44,254 nucleotides of DNA, taken from a virus. The notes below the pieces were generated by a model. That model was not told the DNA's origin. It worked only from the letters and a program-made list of their open reading frames with translations, and ran no database searches. The stretch lies in UHGV virus genome UHGV-1376702. One strand, written 5' to 3'. The translations under genes and the position numbers were made by a program. Below are positions 1 through 9,088 of this stretch, one piece after another (position 1 is the first letter of the stretch; each line of letters starts with the position of its first letter).

Positions 1-273
1 ATGGATGGGAAGGACGTAGACACCCAGAAACTCATCGGTGAGTCCGTGATGGGTATGAGTGCCATTGGCGGTGTATCCTTACTACAGGATATCTTCCTGG
101 GGGATTCTCCCCGTCACTCATTGGCATCTATGGGTTACGTCACAGGACTACTTGGGGCTGTGCAGGACCTGGCTACCGGTAATATGGATATCAAGACCTT
201 CACTAAGCAGGTGCCGTTAATCCAGGAATTCGCACCTACGCGAGCTATCATCAATAACTTCGGAGACGATTAA
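1..273 (+). CDS. C-terminal fragment of large internal virion (ejection) protein; 5'-truncated by window start
   Basis: ORF is open from base 1 and is in phase with the ORF that runs off the 3' end (40829..44254 is 3426 nt, a multiple of 3), as expected if the sequence is a circular permutation. Confidence 0.5.
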   Translation: MDGKDVDTQKLIGESVMGMSAIGGVSLLQDIFLGDSPRHSLASMGYVTGLLGAVQDLATGNMDIKTFTKQVPLIQEFAPTRAIINNFGDD

Positions 274-274
274 T

Positions 275-1231
275 ATGGCATACAGCTGGCAAGAACAAAT
301 CAAGCCAGCTGGTACCCAGGATATCCAGTGCGATATTGAATATTTGGACAAGTCCTATATTCATGTATACCTAGACGGTGTGGAAACCACTGGGTACACC
401 TGGACCAGCTCTACTAATATCAGGCTTAATTCGGCCTTAGCGGCAAGCACTACTGTGCTACTAATCCGTAAGACAGAGCGAGAGTATCTGTACATTGAGT
501 TCGCCAGTGGTTCTCCGTTCATTGAGGTAAACGTAGACTCCCAAAACACGCAGTTCCTGCACCTTGCGCAGGAACTAGTGGAGGGCCGGGCTATACCCGG
601 ATTCTATGGCGCTATCAGCATGAACGGGTACCGGATAACCAACTTAGCCAACCCAATCAGTGCCCAAGATGCCGCCACTAAGGCTTATGTAGATGCCGCC
701 GATGCCTTACTAGGACAGCGCATTGACGCAGAGCATTCGGGGTGGGTATCCGCTGTACAGGCCGAAGCCGTTACACGGAAGGCAGCAGATGACGCGCTGA
801 GTGCCCGTACCTCCGCCTTGGAGAACACCTTTATAAGCGGTGTAGAGACGGTAAGCTACCCGTGGAGCACGGTCCTGGCCACTGATACGGACGAAGTAAC
901 TCCAGGCTTAGCCTTCACTAAGGCTGTAGTAGAGGTTAACGGGGTTGGGCAGATTCGTGGCTACAGTTTCGATATTGTAGATAATACCATACTGTTTGCA
1001 GAGACCTTACCTGCGGGCACTATTGTAGCCGCTCGGCTGGGGGTTGATGTAACTGCGGGGGACGGTTTTGCTACGCAAGCATCCCTAGATTACTTAGCCG
1101 ACTCTTTGGGAGATTTGGCGTATCTGGACAAGGCTGCAGCTGTATCCAACGCAACCGGCACCGGGGATGTAGTGGCTAAATTTAACGCACTGCTGGCAGC
1201 GCTACGCACCAGTGGGGTGCTGTCTACATGA
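275..1231 (+). CDS. tail fibre / tailspike adaptor protein (T7 gp17 N-terminal-domain-like)
   Basis: 318 aa; RBS GGAGA upstream; N-terminal region and the segment GRAIPGFYGAISMNGYRITNLANPISAQDAATKAYVD resemble the tail-attachment domain of T7-type fibres; lies between internal virion protein and terminase as in T7-like genomes. Confidence 0.6.
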   Translation: MAYSWQEQIKPAGTQDIQCDIEYLDKSYIHVYLDGVETTGYTWTSSTNIRLNSALAASTTVLLIRKTEREYLYIEFASGSPFIEVNVDSQNTQFLHLAQELVEGRAIPGFYGAISMNGYRITNLANPISAQDAATKAYVDAADALLGQRIDAEHSGWVSAVQAEAVTRKAADDALSARTSALENTFISGVETVSYPWSTVLATDTDEVTPGLAFTKAVVEVNGVGQIRGYSFDIVDNTILFAETLPAGTIVAARLGVDVTAGDGFATQASLDYLADSLGDLAYLDKAAAVSNATGTGDVVAKFNALLAALRTSGVLST

Positions 1232-1243
1232 TAGGAGAAGAGC

Positions 1244-1546
1244 ATGGCAGGGGCAGCTAAACGCAGTCGCCTCTCGGAGCTGCACCGTATGTTCACCGAG
1301 GCCTTGATTGAAGAAATCAAGCAGTCTAAGGAAGATGAGGTGCCGCTCCCCGCAGCAGATAAATCGGTCATTGCTAAGTTCTTGAAGGATAACGACATCA
1401 CCGCGGACGCAGATTCCGAGGAGATGCAGGACCTTCGTGACGAATTCGATGACGAGCTAGCGGCGCGCAGAGAGGCGCGTAAGCAAGAGATTCTAAATAA
1501 AGTTGGTGGTTCAGACTCTGAGGACTTACTAGAAGGAATTGTCTAA
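1244..1546 (+). CDS. terminase small subunit (putative)
   Basis: 100 aa acidic protein with RBS AGGAGAAG; stop overlaps the start of the large terminase gene (TAATGG); position and size typical of T7-like small terminase. Confidence 0.5.
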   Translation: MAGAAKRSRLSELHRMFTEALIEEIKQSKEDEVPLPAADKSVIAKFLKDNDITADADSEEMQDLRDEFDDELAARREARKQEILNKVGGSDSEDLLEGIV

Positions 1547-3402
1547 TGGTATCGGTGAAGACTGCGCGAAGACTGCGCATGCTCAACCAGAAACTTACTG
1601 GTTATAGTGCGAATCCGCGCAGTATTCCCAAAGAGGAGCGCGAGGATATCGCGATGATGATGGCCGCGGCGCTAAGCGACTTCCGGGAATTCGCGTACAT
1701 CGGTATGCGGTTCCTGGGCTTTACGCTCACGGACATGCAGGCCGACATTGCAGAGTACATGCAGAAGGGCCCTAGGAAGCGAATGGTGGCCGCGCAGCGT
1801 GGTGAGGCTAAGTCTACACTAGCTGCGCTGTACGCCGTCTGGAGGCTCATACAGGACCAATCCTGCCGTATCCTGATTGTGTCTGGTGCAGAGAAGCAGG
1901 CGTCCGATGTAGCGAACTTAATCATTCGTATGCTGGAAACCTGGCCGCTGCTGTGCTACTTGAAGGCTGACTCTACTCGTGGGGACCGTACTTCATTCGA
2001 AGGTTATGATGTTCACTGCGACCTGAAACCTCTAGATAAGTCCGCCAGCGTAGCCTGTGTAGGTATCACTGCATCCCTGCAGGGGAAGCGTGCGGACCTG
2101 CTGATTCCGGATGATATCGAGACCACCAAGAATGGTTTAACGCAAACCCAGCGTGAGCAGCTGCTGATGATTTCTAAAGACTTCGCGGCTATCTGTACGC
2201 ACGGGGATACGCTGTACCTGGGTACACCACAGACCAAGGACAGTATCTATAAAACCCTGCCGGGACGTGGCTTCGAGGTCCGCGTGTGGCCCGGGCGCAT
2301 TCCGTCTGTTGAAATGGAAGAGCGATATGGAAGTACACTTGCTCCTTATATCCTGGAGCTTATTGAGCGCGGCTATAAACGCACCGGCTTCGGAGTCGAT
2401 GGGACGCTAGGCGAGAGCACGGACCCCGGGCGCTATGACGAGGATGCACTGATTGAGAAGGAGCTGGACTTTGGTCCGGAAGGCTTCCAGCTGCAGTACA
2501 TGCTCGACACCACCCTGTCCGACCAAATGCGTACGCGTATCAAGCTTTCGGATATGCTGGTTTACTCTGGCAGCCAGGAGTCCTCACCGGAGACGTTCTC
2601 CTACATCGCGGACCGCCGGTACCTGTACCAGCATGAGCATGAGGGGATTATGGGTCAGCAGATGTACTTCCCGGCATTCTACGGGGACATGCACCTGCCG
2701 TACCAGCATAAGGTACTGGTGGTGGACCCGGCTGGTTGTGGTGGGGACGAAGTGTCCTACGCTGCTGGAGGTGCTGCGAACTCGTACATTCACCTATTCT
2801 CCGTAGGCGGATTCCAAGGAGGTATCAGCGAAGAGAACATTGATAAACTGATTGACCTGTGTGTAGAGTTGGACATCCCGGATATGGTGGTGGAGAGCAA
2901 TATGGGGCACGGTACCGTGTCTATGCTTATCCTGAACCGATTACGTGAGCGGCGTCTCGCCGGTATCGGTGTAAGGGACCTGAATAACTCCACGCAGAAA
3001 GAGCGTCGTATCATCGACACAATCAGCCCAGTTACTCGTCGCCATCGCCTGATAGTGCATGAGCGTGCTATTCACGACGATATCAGTACCTGTATGGCAT
3101 ATTCCCGCGATAGGCGTTGGCTGTACTCTGCGTTCGCGCAGTTGTCCGGTATCACGTACGACCGCGGTAGCCTTGCGAAGGATGACCGGGCAGACGCAAT
3201 CGCCATGATGGTGGCTACGCTGAATGGGCATCTGGTGGAAGATGAGAAAGTGGTGGCTGAGCGTGAGTCTGAGAAGATGGCTCGGGCCTTCATTGAGAAC
3301 CCGCTGGATTGGGCACAGAGCAAAGTGTCTAAGGGCCTTCGGGGTGTAGCTGCTCGGCTGCATAACCGAGGCAGAGGTAAACAACATAGAGGAAGAAGAT
3401 AA
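1546..3402 (+). CDS. terminase large subunit
   Basis: 618 aa; N-terminal ATPase-like region (RMVAAQRGEAKST) and C-terminal nuclease-like region (VVDPAGCGGDEVSYAAGG); size and synteny match T7 gp19-type TerL. Confidence 0.85.
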   Translation: MVSVKTARRLRMLNQKLTGYSANPRSIPKEEREDIAMMMAAALSDFREFAYIGMRFLGFTLTDMQADIAEYMQKGPRKRMVAAQRGEAKSTLAALYAVWRLIQDQSCRILIVSGAEKQASDVANLIIRMLETWPLLCYLKADSTRGDRTSFEGYDVHCDLKPLDKSASVACVGITASLQGKRADLLIPDDIETTKNGLTQTQREQLLMISKDFAAICTHGDTLYLGTPQTKDSIYKTLPGRGFEVRVWPGRIPSVEMEERYGSTLAPYILELIERGYKRTGFGVDGTLGESTDPGRYDEDALIEKELDFGPEGFQLQYMLDTTLSDQMRTRIKLSDMLVYSGSQESSPETFSYIADRRYLYQHEHEGIMGQQMYFPAFYGDMHLPYQHKVLVVDPAGCGGDEVSYAAGGAANSYIHLFSVGGFQGGISEENIDKLIDLCVELDIPDMVVESNMGHGTVSMLILNRLRERRLAGIGVRDLNNSTQKERRIIDTISPVTRRHRLIVHERAIHDDISTCMAYSRDRRWLYSAFAQLSGITYDRGSLAKDDRADAIAMMVATLNGHLVEDEKVVAERESEKMARAFIENPLDWAQSKVSKGLRGVAARLHNRGRGKQHRGRR

Positions 3403-3776
3403 TGGCATCAATCATCGCAGCTAAAACTGCGGACGTACAGTACGCCATTGTAGGCACGTGCCAGAACCTGGAGAAGCAGGCGTCGCCGGACTACAACGTA
3501 GGCTTCGTAGGTACGACTGCCTTGACTAAGCTGAACGCGTTCTTCACGTACATGCAGTCCCAGGGCTATACGGCTACTCGTGCCGGTACAGCCTTCAAGG
3601 ATGACGGTACGCTGCAGGCGCGCCTGTTCAGCATGCTGTCACAGCTCTCTAAGACTGGCTACGTCGCCCTTACGGGTACAGGTATGCCGCTCGGTGAGGG
3701 CTCCGGTACAGCGTTTGATGATTCGTTCACTGCACTGCAGAGTGCGTTCGTAGCCGCCACTGACGCGGCAGAATAA
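3402..3776 (+). CDS. hypothetical protein
   Basis: 124-aa ORF, start overlaps terminase stop (ATAATGG); protein-like composition; no recognisable motif. Confidence 0.45.
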   Translation: MASIIAAKTADVQYAIVGTCQNLEKQASPDYNVGFVGTTALTKLNAFFTYMQSQGYTATRAGTAFKDDGTLQARLFSMLSQLSKTGYVALTGTGMPLGEGSGTAFDDSFTALQSAFVAATDAAE

Positions 3777-3787
3777 GGAGAGTACAC

Positions 3788-3970
3788 ATGGCAATTGCAA
3801 AAGCAACCCCAGCGCAACAGCAGGAGCTGCTGCGTCAGCTGAACATTCTCGGTAAGGACCTGTATGCTATCCTTACGCAGCCGCAGAACGTGGCCCAGAC
3901 TGGTGCTGCCTTCGATACCAAGATTGCTGCGCTTGAAGCCGCGGTGGCCGCAGTGAAGGCTGCTAGCTAA
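3788..3970 (+). CDS. hypothetical protein
   Basis: 60-aa ORF with RBS GGAGAG upstream; Ala/Gln-rich, helix-like; no transmembrane segment. Confidence 0.35.
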   Translation: MAIAKATPAQQQELLRQLNILGKDLYAILTQPQNVAQTGAAFDTKIAALEAAVAAVKAAS

Positions 3971-4374
3971 TGCGTAAACTGGTCGCTGGGTTGCTGCTCG
4001 CGGTTACTCTGACTGGTTGCTCGGCGACCTCTGCACTCACCGGATTAGTTGGTTCTAAGCCGGATGTATCTGCTCAGGTTGGTGCCGAGAACACCAAACA
4101 AACCGTTGGCTTGAATAACAAGGTGGACTCCAGCACCACCAACAAAACTGATGTACAGGATTCTAACGTAGGCACTTTGGACACGTCCAGTAAGAAGCAG
4201 GTGCAAACTATTAGCACCGGGACAATCCAGGCAGAACGCCTGCAGGTGGTTAACAATGATAGTTACAGTCTTATCCTCGCCGGATTAGCTGGGGCCAGTA
4301 TTCCTCTGGTCTTCCTAGTGGTCATTCTGGTGATTCGTAAGCTGTTCAGGAAGAAGGGGCAGCAGGATGATTAA
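3970..4374 (+). CDS. unimolecular spanin (u-spanin) candidate
   Basis: 134 aa; N-terminal lipoprotein signal with lipobox LTGC; Ser/Thr/Gln-rich middle; C-terminal TMD (LILAGLAGASIPLVFLVVILVI) then RKLFRKK. This is the architecture of T1 gp11-type u-spanins; no Rz/Rz1 pair is visible. Confidence 0.6.
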   Translation: MRKLVAGLLLAVTLTGCSATSALTGLVGSKPDVSAQVGAENTKQTVGLNNKVDSSTTNKTDVQDSNVGTLDTSSKKQVQTISTGTIQAERLQVVNNDSYSLILAGLAGASIPLVFLVVILVIRKLFRKKGQQDD

Positions 4375-4618
4375 GGTGGGAGACATGGTTGGAGCAGACC
4401 TCGCTACCCGGGCAGGTGCAGCAGTTACCGGCGCTACGGTATCAGGAGGTTGGTTGGCAGAGTTAATGAGCTGGAACTGGAGCACTATCAGCTTCATCAC
4501 TGCGACTGTGTGCGCAGTGCTAACCCTGGCGTGGAATGCGTATTACAAACGACGTACATTCAAGCTCCTAGAGGAGCAGGCACGTAAGGGGACTATTAAA
4601 TATGAGTTTAAGGACTAA
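4367..4618 (+). CDS. pinholin / holin candidate
   Basis: 83 aa (alternative start ATG 4385 with RBS AAGGTGGGAG); weakly hydrophobic Gly/Ala-rich segment (AGAAVTGATVSGGWLA) followed by a strongly hydrophobic TMD (WSTISFITATVCAVLTLAW) and a basic C-terminus; immediately 5' of a SAR endolysin. Confidence 0.5.
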   Translation: MIKVGDMVGADLATRAGAAVTGATVSGGWLAELMSWNWSTISFITATVCAVLTLAWNAYYKRRTFKLLEEQARKGTIKYEFKD

Positions 4619-5210
4619 GGTTATTGCGGCCCTCACGGGGGCCACTATGCTTGGCGGTGCCATTACCGGGGTGGTTCAGCACAACGAGGGGTTGAGCCTT
4701 ACCGCCTATAAGGATAGTGCCGGTGTCCCTACAATCTGCTACGGAGAGACAAAGGGCGTCAAGATGGGTCAGAGAGCCACGCTGAGCGATTGTCAGAAGC
4801 AACTGATAGAATCAGCAGGGGCACATGCAAAGGCTCTTGACGGGCTTCCTGTGCAGCTCTCTGACGTAGCTCTGGTTGGGTCTGTAGACTTCATTTATAA
4901 CGTAGGCGTAGCTGGCTTCAACGGCAGTGCTGTGAAGCGGCATCTCAAAAGCCTGAATTACGCAGCAGCTGGAAAGGCTGTACTGGACTGGCGCTATATT
5001 AGCAAGTACCAGCAGAAATCCCCGGGCATCGGTTGGGTGTACAAGGGCAGCAACCGCTGGACCTTCGACTGCTCTCAGTATATTAACGGGCAGCGCAATA
5101 AAGTGTGCTGGGGCCTATGGGAGCGCAGACAGTGGCAGAGCAAGGCCATTGGGAATCAGTATAAGAATGTAAATGCTGCGGTGGCAGCTCTTACTAAGAC
5201 CGGAGGATAA
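4602..5210 (+). CDS. SAR endolysin (T4-lysozyme-like muramidase, GH24-type)
   Basis: 202 aa; N-terminal signal-arrest-release-like weakly hydrophobic stretch (VIAALTGATMLGGAITGVV); catalytic motif E-x8-D-x5-T (NEGLSLTAYKDSAGVPT) typical of T4L/lambda R-type lysozymes. Confidence 0.8.
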   Translation: MSLRTKVIAALTGATMLGGAITGVVQHNEGLSLTAYKDSAGVPTICYGETKGVKMGQRATLSDCQKQLIESAGAHAKALDGLPVQLSDVALVGSVDFIYNVGVAGFNGSAVKRHLKSLNYAAAGKAVLDWRYISKYQQKSPGIGWVYKGSNRWTFDCSQYINGQRNKVCWGLWERRQWQSKAIGNQYKNVNAAVAALTKTGG

Positions 5211-7166
5211 ATGGCGTTAATTAGATTAGTAGCTCCAGAGCGGGTATTCTCCGACTTGGCGAGCATGGTAGCATATCCAAACTTTCAGGTACAGGACAAG
5301 ATTATCCTGCTGGGCAGCGCCGGTGGGGACTTCACCTTTACTACTGCTGCGTCGGTAGTGGATAACGGAACTGTGTTTGCTGTACCCGGTGGGTATCTGC
5401 TTCGTAAATTCGCGGGCCCGGCATACAGCTCCTGGTTCAGCAATTGGGCGGGCATAGTCACGTTCATGAGTGCACCTAATAGGCACCTGGTTGTGGACAC
5501 AGTCTTGCAGGCCACGAGTGTGCTCAACATCAAAAGCAACTCTACGCTAGAGTTTACTGACACCGGAAGAATCCTGCCGGATGCTGCGGTTGCACGTCAG
5601 GTGCTTAACATTATCGGCTCGGCACCATCGGCGTTCGTGCCGTTAGCAGCGGATGCCGCAGCGGGCAGCAAAGTCATTACGGTGGCTGCCGGGGCTTTGT
5701 CTGCGGTAAAAGGTACGTACTTGTATCTTCGCTCTAACAAGCTGTGCGACGGTGGGCCTAACACGTACGGTGTAAAGATTTCCCAGATTAGGAAAGTGGT
5801 GGGAGTCAGCACCTCCGGTGGCGTCACCAGTATTCGGCTGGATAAAGCGCTGCACTATAACTACTACCTGTCTGATGCCGCGGAAGTAGGCGTCCCTACA
5901 ATGGTAGAGAACGTAACCCTAGTATCTCCGTACATCAACGAGTTCGGCTACGACGACTTGAACCGGTTCTTTACTATCGGTATCTCTGCCAACTTTGCCG
6001 CGGACTTGCACATCCAGGACGGGGTTATTATTGGCAACAAACGCCCCGGGGCTTCTGATATAGAAGGGCGTAGTGCTATCAAGTTCAATAACTGCGTAGA
6101 TAGTACCGTTAAGGGTACGTACTTCTACAACATCGGATGGTATGGGGTAGAGGTGCTCGGCTGCTCAGAGGACACGGAAGTACACGATATCCACGCCATG
6201 GACGTACGCCACGCAATCTCTCTGAACTGGCAGAGCACTGCAGACGGGGACAAGTGGGGAGAGCCTATCGAGTTCTTAGGCGTTAACTGCGAAGCCTACA
6301 ACACAACCCAAGCTGGGTTTGATACTCATGACATTGGTAAGCGTGTGAAGTTCGTTCGATGCGTTTCGTACGACAGTGCTGACGATGGGTTCCAAGCGCG
6401 CACTAACGGGGTAGAGTACTTGAACTGTCGAGTTTACCGTGCAGCTATGGACGGGTTCGCCTCCAACACCGGTGTAGCCTTCCCTATCTATAGGGAGTGC
6501 CTAGCTTATGACAACGTACGCTCTGGCTTTAACTGCTCGTACGGCGGTGGCTACGTTTATGACTGCGAGGCTCACGGTAGCCAGAATGGTGTGCGAATCA
6601 ACGGGGGCCGTGTTAAGGGTGGTCGGTACACCCGCAACTCCAGCTCTCACATCTTCGTTACTAAGGACGTAGCTGAGACAGCGCAGACACCCCTGGAGAT
6701 TGATGGCGTGAGCATGCGCTACGACGGTACCGGGAGAGCTGTGTACTTCCACGGGACTATGGGCATTGACCCTACCCTGGTATCTATGTCCAATAACGAC
6801 ATGACCGGTCACGGCTTGTTCTGGGCATTGCTGAGCGGCTACACCGTTCAACCTACGCCTCCGCGCATGTCCATGAACTTACTGGATGACACAGGTATCC
6901 GTGGAGTGGCAACTCTGGTGGCTGGTGAGGCTACAGTCAACGCCCGTGTACGCGGAAACTTTGGCAGCGTAGCTAACTCCTTCAAGTGGGTGTCTGAGGT
7001 TAAGTTGACGCGGTTGACCTTTCCCTCTAGTGCTGGGGCCTTGACGGTTACTGGCGTAGCTCAGAACCAGGATGTGCCTACACCTAATCCGGACCTAAAC
7101 AGCTTCGTGATTAGGAGCAGTAACGCAGCGGACGTATCCCAGGTAGCCTGGGAGGTGTATCTCTAA
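5211..7166 (+). CDS. tailspike / probable polysaccharide depolymerase (beta-helix)
   Basis: 651 aa; start directly follows the endolysin stop; Gly/Asn/Val/Thr-rich sequence with repetitive short beta-strand pattern (e.g. NCVDSTVKGTYFYNIGWYGVEV) typical of right-handed beta-helix tailspikes; last structural-type gene before the non-coding terminus. Confidence 0.6.
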   Translation: MALIRLVAPERVFSDLASMVAYPNFQVQDKIILLGSAGGDFTFTTAASVVDNGTVFAVPGGYLLRKFAGPAYSSWFSNWAGIVTFMSAPNRHLVVDTVLQATSVLNIKSNSTLEFTDTGRILPDAAVARQVLNIIGSAPSAFVPLAADAAAGSKVITVAAGALSAVKGTYLYLRSNKLCDGGPNTYGVKISQIRKVVGVSTSGGVTSIRLDKALHYNYYLSDAAEVGVPTMVENVTLVSPYINEFGYDDLNRFFTIGISANFAADLHIQDGVIIGNKRPGASDIEGRSAIKFNNCVDSTVKGTYFYNIGWYGVEVLGCSEDTEVHDIHAMDVRHAISLNWQSTADGDKWGEPIEFLGVNCEAYNTTQAGFDTHDIGKRVKFVRCVSYDSADDGFQARTNGVEYLNCRVYRAAMDGFASNTGVAFPIYRECLAYDNVRSGFNCSYGGGYVYDCEAHGSQNGVRINGGRVKGGRYTRNSSSHIFVTKDVAETAQTPLEIDGVSMRYDGTGRAVYFHGTMGIDPTLVSMSNNDMTGHGLFWALLSGYTVQPTPPRMSMNLLDDTGIRGVATLVAGEATVNARVRGNFGSVANSFKWVSEVKLTRLTFPSSAGALTVTGVAQNQDVPTPNPDLNSFVIRSSNAADVSQVAWEVYL

Positions 7167-7261
7167 GTAGATCCCTGGGGTATCTCTACGGTATCCCGGG
7201 GCACTGCTGGGGTGCACGTCTATACCTGGACATGAAATTTATTAGACTTTAAAATGAGGAT

Positions 7262-7723
7262 ATGTCTATGAACATCAAATATGACACAACATCCCCTAGC
7301 TGCTTGGTGTGGCTCAAGGGTAGGCGCGCCGGTGCTCCAGCGGGTACCCGCAACACTCGTGGCTACTGGGTGGTACAGGTATCTGGTAGAAAGATACAGG
7401 CACACCGCCTCATCTGGGAACTACACAACGGGCCTATTCCAGACGGATATGTGGTGGACCACATCAACCAAAACCCCAGTGACAACAGATTAGAGAACCT
7501 GCGCTTAGCTACGGTTAGCGAAAACAACTGTAACGCACGCAGGTCTAAGCGGGAACATCCTAGGGGTGTATACTACACTGGCACCTGCTGGCGCGGGGAG
7601 TTCTGGAAGGACGGTAAGCGTTACATGAAGAAGCACAGCTCCTACGAAGTTATCTGCAAGTGGGTACTAGAGAAACGTCAAGAGCAACACAAGGCCTTCA
7701 CCCCGGGGCATGTGTATACCTGA
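7262..7723 (+). CDS. HNH homing endonuclease
   Basis: 153 aa; HRLIWELHNGPIPDGYVVDHINQNPSDNRLENLRLAT matches the HNH_3-type motif of free-standing phage homing endonucleases; RBS AATGAGGA. Confidence 0.8.
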   Translation: MSMNIKYDTTSPSCLVWLKGRRAGAPAGTRNTRGYWVVQVSGRKIQAHRLIWELHNGPIPDGYVVDHINQNPSDNRLENLRLATVSENNCNARRSKREHPRGVYYTGTCWRGEFWKDGKRYMKKHSSYEVICKWVLEKRQEQHKAFTPGHVYT

Positions 7724-7810
7724 AACCAAAAATTATTATACTCACCCTTGGGCCTCCCTCACCCTCAACGCGCCCAATTGCCCCCATAGGGGGTGCCTAG
7801 CGTCAATTTA

Positions 7811-7821
7811 GGGGGGGGGGG
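7811..7821. repeat. G11 homopolymer tract
   Basis: Eleven consecutive G in the non-coding region. Confidence 0.9.
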
Positions 7822-7928
7822 CACTGGTGGGGCCTGCTAGTGCGCACTAGAGCGCCTCAGCGGGCCTGTGCTGCGCTCTAAGGCTATTGCCAGTGCTACC
7901 CTATGGCTATCACTGTGCGTTCACTAGG

Positions 7929-7972
7929 GCGCTTCCTGTGCGCTTCCTGTGCGCTTCCTGTGCGCTTCCTGT
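7929..7972. repeat. tandem direct repeat, 4 x 11 bp (GCGCTTCCTGT)
   Basis: Four perfect head-to-tail copies read directly from the sequence. Confidence 0.9.
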
Positions 7973-8240
7973 GGGCCATAGGGGCGTGCTCTGCCTTGCT
8001 TATTTTGTGCGCCTCAGTGGGCCTGCCTAGTGCCTGTCTAGTGCCTGCGCAGTGGGGCCATAGGGTATGCCTAGTGCTATCCCTAGTGTGCACTAGGCTA
8101 TCCACTGGCTATCCTTAGTGCTTTACATTGTGCTAATTATGTGCTACGCTGCGCGCTCCCCACTAGGGCGCACATCCACCACACCGCACTATCCAGCGCT
8201 ATCCCTTTGCTCTTACTTTCATTCGAAAGCTATTATGAAA

Positions 8241-8260
8241 TGATGTTACAGGAGTAGGAG
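8241..8260 (+). promoter_or_regulatory. conserved motif copy 1 (ATGTTACAGGAGTAGGAG); candidate phage-RNAP promoter
   Basis: One of three identical copies of a 17-19-nt sequence (others at about 29667 and 41572); this copy is intergenic near the putative genome left end. Confidence 0.35.
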
Positions 8261-8527
8261 GGTTTTAGGGCACTATATACACTACTTAATACTAGTCCTT
8301 ACTAGTCCCTACTAGGCACTCACTAGTATGGCCCTGTGCCTACGTAGTAGGCTGCCATAACTACATAGTCACCGCATCACTACGTTCCTTCACTTACGTT
8401 ACGTCACTACGTTCTGCTTTATGTAGTATTAGATAGTATTGGCTAGACGTGGCTAGTATTGGCTACAGCCAGTGTCAGCACAGTGCTATCCCTAGTGGCT
8501 ATCCCTATAATATATAAGGAGTTATAC

Positions 8528-9082
8528 ATGTTACCATCTAGTCGGGCTACGGCTAAAGCCACTGGTAGTACATACTACTACACAGGGAAGCACTGTAAGT
8601 ACCAGCACACGGCAAAGCGCCTCACCAGTTCAGGGGAGTGCTCCGAGTGCTTTAAGATTAGGAGTACCAGCCCAGCTACTAAGGAGCGTATGCGGGAGTA
8701 CCATAAGGTTTATCAGGTACGTAAGGCAGAGGCCTTGAGAGAGTACCGTAAGACACGCCGACCTAAGCACATTATGACAGAGGAGCAATTACAGCGTAAG
8801 GTTCGCCACAATGCGCGATACCGTGCTGCGCGTACTCAATCCGTACCCTCATGGTATGGCGAGTGGGATGAGTTTGTTATGTTGGAGGCTATCGCTTTAG
8901 CAGCCGAGAGGGCGGAGTGTACTGGCATAGCGTGGCATATTGACCATATGCTACCGCTAAAGGCTAAAGAGGTGTGCGGCTTACACTGTGCGGGGAACAT
9001 TCAGGTGATACCCGCAACGCTTAATACACATAAGTGTAACAGGCTGCTATTCACGGAGCCGTTGGAGTGGCTAAAGGCATAA
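8528..9082 (+). CDS. HNH endonuclease with N-terminal zinc ribbon
   Basis: Start refined to ATG 8528 (RBS AAGGAG, TATAAT just upstream); Cys-x-x-Cys pairs near the N-terminus; C-terminal HNH motif AWHIDHMLPLKAKEVCGLHCAGNIQVIPATLNTHKCN. Confidence 0.7.
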   Translation: MLPSSRATAKATGSTYYYTGKHCKYQHTAKRLTSSGECSECFKIRSTSPATKERMREYHKVYQVRKAEALREYRKTRRPKHIMTEEQLQRKVRHNARYRAARTQSVPSWYGEWDEFVMLEAIALAAERAECTGIAWHIDHMLPLKAKEVCGLHCAGNIQVIPATLNTHKCNRLLFTEPLEWLKA

Positions 9083-9088
9083 ACTTGA

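Noticed and set aside
2453-2806. 117-aa + strand ORF inside the terminase large subunit gene in another frame
   Set aside because: Fully embedded in the terminase gene; Cys/Arg/Ser/Thr-rich composition typical of an off-frame read.
7929-7972. Possible CRISPR-like array
   Set aside because: The units are 11 bp and directly adjacent with no spacers, and no cas genes are present; it is a simple tandem repeat.
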